A DNA stretch of 64,000 bases from Eledone cirrhosa (taxonomy: Eukaryota), in NCBI GenBank assembly GCA_964016885.1, contig CAXHJY010000889.1:1-64000 (forward strand), read 5' to 3'. A program made the translations under genes and the position numbers. Below, piece by piece: positions 59,905 through 64,000 of this stretch; the stretch's first letter is position 1; each line of letters begins with the position of its first letter. The notes below the pieces were generated by a model, which searched no databases, had not been told where the DNA came from, and saw nothing but the letters and a program-made list of their open reading frames with translations.

Positions 59905-62900
59905 AAAAAACGTAACAAATTAATGCTTTTACAAATCTTTCGAAATATCTACTTCCTGGCTTCAAATTTTGCAGATTAAACTTTTTTCGAAAAACCTAAA
60001 AAAATCAGTTTTCGAAATCAGAAGTTAATATTTCGAAAAACGCAATTTGAAAAACGCATATTAATTTTTTTTATACTTTTATATCTGATTTTTTTATACT
60101 TTTATATCAGATTTTTTTATACTTTTATATCAGATTTTTTTATACTTTTATATCTGATTTCAAATATTGATTTTTTTAGGTTTTTCGAAAACTTTATATA
60201 ATCAATTTTTTTTAGTTTTTTCTAAAAAGAGTTCATAGTCGAAATATATACTTCCGCATTAATCTTTTTACGTCTTTCTGATTTTTTGCATGTTTCGAAA
60301 TCTAAAAAAAACGTAACAAATTAATGCTTTTACAAATCTTTCGAAATATCTACTTCCTGGTTTCAAATTTTGCAGATTAAACTCTTTTCGAAAAACCTAA
60401 AAAAATCAGTTTTCGAAATCAGAAGTTAATACTTCGAAAAACACAATTTGAAAAACGCAATTTGAAAAACACATATTAATTTTTTTTCGAAAACTTTATA
60501 TAATCAATTTTTTTATACTTTTAAAAATATTTATATCTGATTTCAAATATTGATTTTTTTAGGTTTTTCGAAACCTTATATAATCAATTTTTTTTAGTTT
60601 TTTCGAAATATATACTTCTGCATTAATCTTTTTACGTTATTCTGATGTTTTGCATATTTCGAAATCTAAAAAAAATGTAAAAATTTAATCCTTTTACAAA
60701 TCTTTAGAAATATTTACTTTCTGGTTTCAAATTTTGCAGATTAAATTTTTTTCGAAAAACCTAAAAAAATCATTTTTTGAAATGAGAAGTTAATATTTCG
60801 GAAAATGCAATTCGGAAAACGCATATTAATTTTTTTTCGAAAACCTTATATAATCGATTTTTTTATACTTTTAGAAATATTTATATCCGATTTCAAATAT
60901 TGATTTTTTTAGGTTTTTCGAAAACCTTATATAATCAATTTTTTAATACTTTTATATCTGATTTTTTTATACTTTTATATCTGATTTCAAATATTGATTT
61001 TTTTAGGTCTTTCGAAAACCTTATATAATCAAATTTTTTTAGTTTTTTCGAAAAAGAGTTCATAGTCGAAATATATACTTCCGCATTAATCTTTTTACGT
61101 TTTTCTGATTTTTTGCATGTTTCGAAATCTAAAAAAACCGTAAAAAATTAATGCTTTTACAAATCTTTAGAAATATTTACTTTCTGGTTTCAAATTTTGC
61201 AGATTAAATTTTTTTCGAAAAACCTAAAAAATCAGTTTTCGAAATCAGAAGTTAATATTTCGAAATATTGATTTTTTTTAGGTTTTTCGAAAACCTTATA
61301 TAATTAATTTTTTTTAGGTTTTTCGAAAAAGAGTTCATATATACTTCTGCATTAATCTTTTTACGTTTTTCGGTTTTTTTGCATGTAAATCTAAAAAAAA
61401 CGTAACAAATTAATGCTTTTACAAATCTTTCGAAATATCTACTTCCTGGTTTCAAATTTTGCAGATTAAACTTTTTTCGAAAAACCTAAAAAAATCAGTT
61501 TTGGAAATCAGAAGTTAATATTTCGAAAAACGCAATTTGAAAAACGCAATTTGAAAAACACATATTAATTTTTTTTCGAAAACTTTATATAATCAATTTT
61601 TTTATACTTTTAAAAATATTTATATCTGATTTCAAATATTGATTTTTTTAGGTTTTTCGGAACCTTATATAATCAATTTTTTTTAGGTTTTTCGAAATAT
61701 ATACTTCTGCATTAATCTTTTTACGTTATTCTGATTTGCATATTTCGAAATCTAAAAAAAACGTAAAAAATTGATTTTACAAATAATCAATTTTTTTATA
61801 CTTTTAGAAATATTTATATCTTATTTCAAATATTGATTTTTTAGGTTTTTCGAAAAAATTGATTATATAAATAATCAATTTTTCTTAGGTTTTTCGAAAA
61901 AAGAATGACTGAGTCATAGTCGAAATATATACTTCTGTATTAATCTTTTTACGTTTTTCAGATTTTTTGCATGTTTCGAAATCTAAAAAAAACGTAAAAA
62001 ATTAATGCTTTTACAAATCTTTAGAAATATTTACTTTCTGGTTTCAAATTTTGCAGATTAAATTTTTTTCGAAAAACCTAAAAAAATCAGTTTTCGAAAT
62101 CAGAAGTTAATATTTCGGAAAATGCAATTTGGAAAACGCATATTAATTTTTTTTCGAAAACCTTATATAATCGATTTTTTTATACTTTTAGAAATATTTA
62201 TATCCGATTTCAAATATTGATTTTTTTAGGTTTTTCGAAAACCTTATATAATCAATTTTTTTATACTTTTATATCTGATTTCAAATATTGATTTTTTTAG
62301 GTTTTTCGAAAACCTTATATAATTAATTTTTTTTATGTTTTTCGAAAAAGAGTTCATATATACTTCTGCATTAATCTTTTTACGTTTTTCGGTTTTTTTG
62401 CATGTAAATCTAAAAAAAACGTAACAAATTAATGCTTTTACAAATCTTTCGAAATATCTACTTCCTGGTTTCAAATTTTGCAGATTAAACTTTTTTCGAA
62501 AAACCTAAAAAAATCAGTTTTCGAAATCAGAAGTTAATACTTCGAAAAACGCAATTTGAAAAACGCAATTTGAAAAACACATATTAATTTTTTTTCGAAA
62601 ACTTTATATAATCAATTTTTTTATACTTTTAAAAATATTTATATCTGATTTCAAATATTGATTTTTTTAGGTTTTTCGGAACCTTATATAATCAATTTTT
62701 TTTAGGTGTTTCGAAATATATACTTCTGCATTAATCTTTTTACGTTATTCTGATTTTTTGCATATATCGAAATATAAAAAAAACGTAAAAATTTAATGCT
62801 TTTACAAATCTTTCGAAATATTTACATTCTGGTTTCAAATTTTGCAGATTAAATTTTTTTCGAAAAACCTAAAAAAATCAGTTTTCGAAATCAGAAGTTA

Positions 62901-64000
62901 ATATTTCGGAAAATGCAATTTGGAAAACGCATATTAATTTTTTTTCGAAAACCTTATATAATCGATTTTTTTATACTTTTAGAAATATTTATATCCGATT
63001 TCAAATATTGATTTTTTTAGGTTTTTCGAAAACCTTATATAATCAATTTTTTTATACTTTTATATCTGATTTCAAATATTGATTTTTTTAGGTTTTTCGA
63101 AAACCTTATATAATCAATTTTTTTTAGTTTTTTCGAAAAAGAGTTCATAGTCGAAATATATACTTCCGCATTAATCTTTTTACGTTTTTCTGATTTTTTG
63201 CATGTTTCGAAATCTAAAAAAAACGTAAAAAATTAATGCTTTTACAAATCTTTAGAAATATTTACTTTCTGGTTTCAAATTTTGCAGATTAAATTTATTT
63301 CGAAAAACCTAAAAAATCAGTTTTCGAAATCAGAAGTTAATATTTCGAAATATTGATTTTTTTTAGGTTTTTCGAAAACCTTATATAATTAATTTTTTTT
63401 ATGTTTTTCGAAAAAGAGTTCATATATACTTCTGCATTAATCTTTTTACGTTTTTCGGTTTTTTTGCATGTAAATCTAAAAAAAACGTAACAAATTAATG
63501 CTTTTACAAATCTTTCGAAATATCTACTTCCTGGTTTCAAATTTTGCAGATTAAACTTTTTTCGAAAAACCTAAAAAAATCAGTTTTCGAAATCAGAAGT
63601 TAATACTTCGAAAAACGCAATTTGAAAAACGCAATTTGAAAAACACATATTAATTTTTTTTCGAAAACTTTATATAATCAATTTTTTAATACTTTTAAAA
63701 ATATTTATATCTGATTTCAAATATTGATTTTTTTAGGTTTTTCGGAACCTTATATAATCAATTTTTTTTAGGTTTTTCGAAATATATACTTCTGCATTAA
63801 TCTTTTTACGTTATTCTGATTTTTTGCATATTTCGAAATCTAAAAAAAACGTAAAAATTTAATGCTTTTACAAATCTTTCGAAATATTTACTTTCTGGTT
63901 TCAAATTTTGTAGATTAAATTTTTTTCGAAAAACCTAAAAAAATCAGTTTTCGAAATCAGAAGTTAATATTTCGAAAAAAGCAATTTGGAAAACGCATAT
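59905..64000. repeat. AT-rich satellite A, array 4 (continues past the window end)
   Basis: Same monomers; 4-unit 23-bp VNTR at 60066-60157. Carries variants of the 4.75-kb HOR (AACTCTTTTCG, GCAATTCGG, GTTTTGGAAATC, ATGACT-G-AGTCAT). Confidence 0.97.

Larger units (their letters stand above)
33958..60160. repeat. Near-perfect tandem duplication with a 13,016-bp period (satellite A + block B)
   Basis: Constant offset of 13016 for pseudo-ORFs (34733/47749, 35789/48805, 39261/52277), B starts (40056/53072) and B ends (46888/59904). Rare variants are shared (AATCGTTTTACG, TATACCTCTGC, GTTAATCTTTCG). Confidence 0.93.

Noticed and set aside
45-63540. Repeated 60-76 aa minus-strand ORFs (MKPGSRYFERF..., MLDFETCKK...) and the + ORF at 6511
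   Set aside because: They are translations of satellite monomers: K/F/I/N-rich from homopolymer tracts, opened or broken by single-base run-length changes, with no recognisable domain.
1-64000. Organellar control region or rDNA intergenic spacer
   Set aside because: No tRNA, rRNA or organellar gene fragment in 64 kb, and the mega-unit contains no rRNA or 5S gene that I can recognise.

Overview
The window is entirely non-coding tandem-repeat DNA. I find no credible gene, RNA gene, CRISPR array or transposase. Two unrelated repeats alternate in one orientation. (A) An extremely AT-rich satellite has three monomer length classes (about 263, 360 and 440-490 bp). It is rich in T(n)CGA(n) palindromes and organised into ~1.06-kb and ~4.75-kb higher-order repeats. 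(B) Three 6.65-6.83-kb G/T-rich blocks (23729-30382, 40056-46888, 53072-59904) consist of a degenerate 32-bp unit, GGCTTGGGGTTGGGGTTTAAGTCTAAGTCTAA, built from telomere-like hexamers. The three B blocks are near-identical copies with the same microhomology junctions, so A and B together were amplified as a composite 16.3/13.0-kb mega-unit. All listed ORFs are chance readings of satellite A. A eukaryotic heterochromatic origin (subtelomeric or pericentromeric) is my inference; the organism cannot be identified from the sequence. All coordinates and counts were read by eye.
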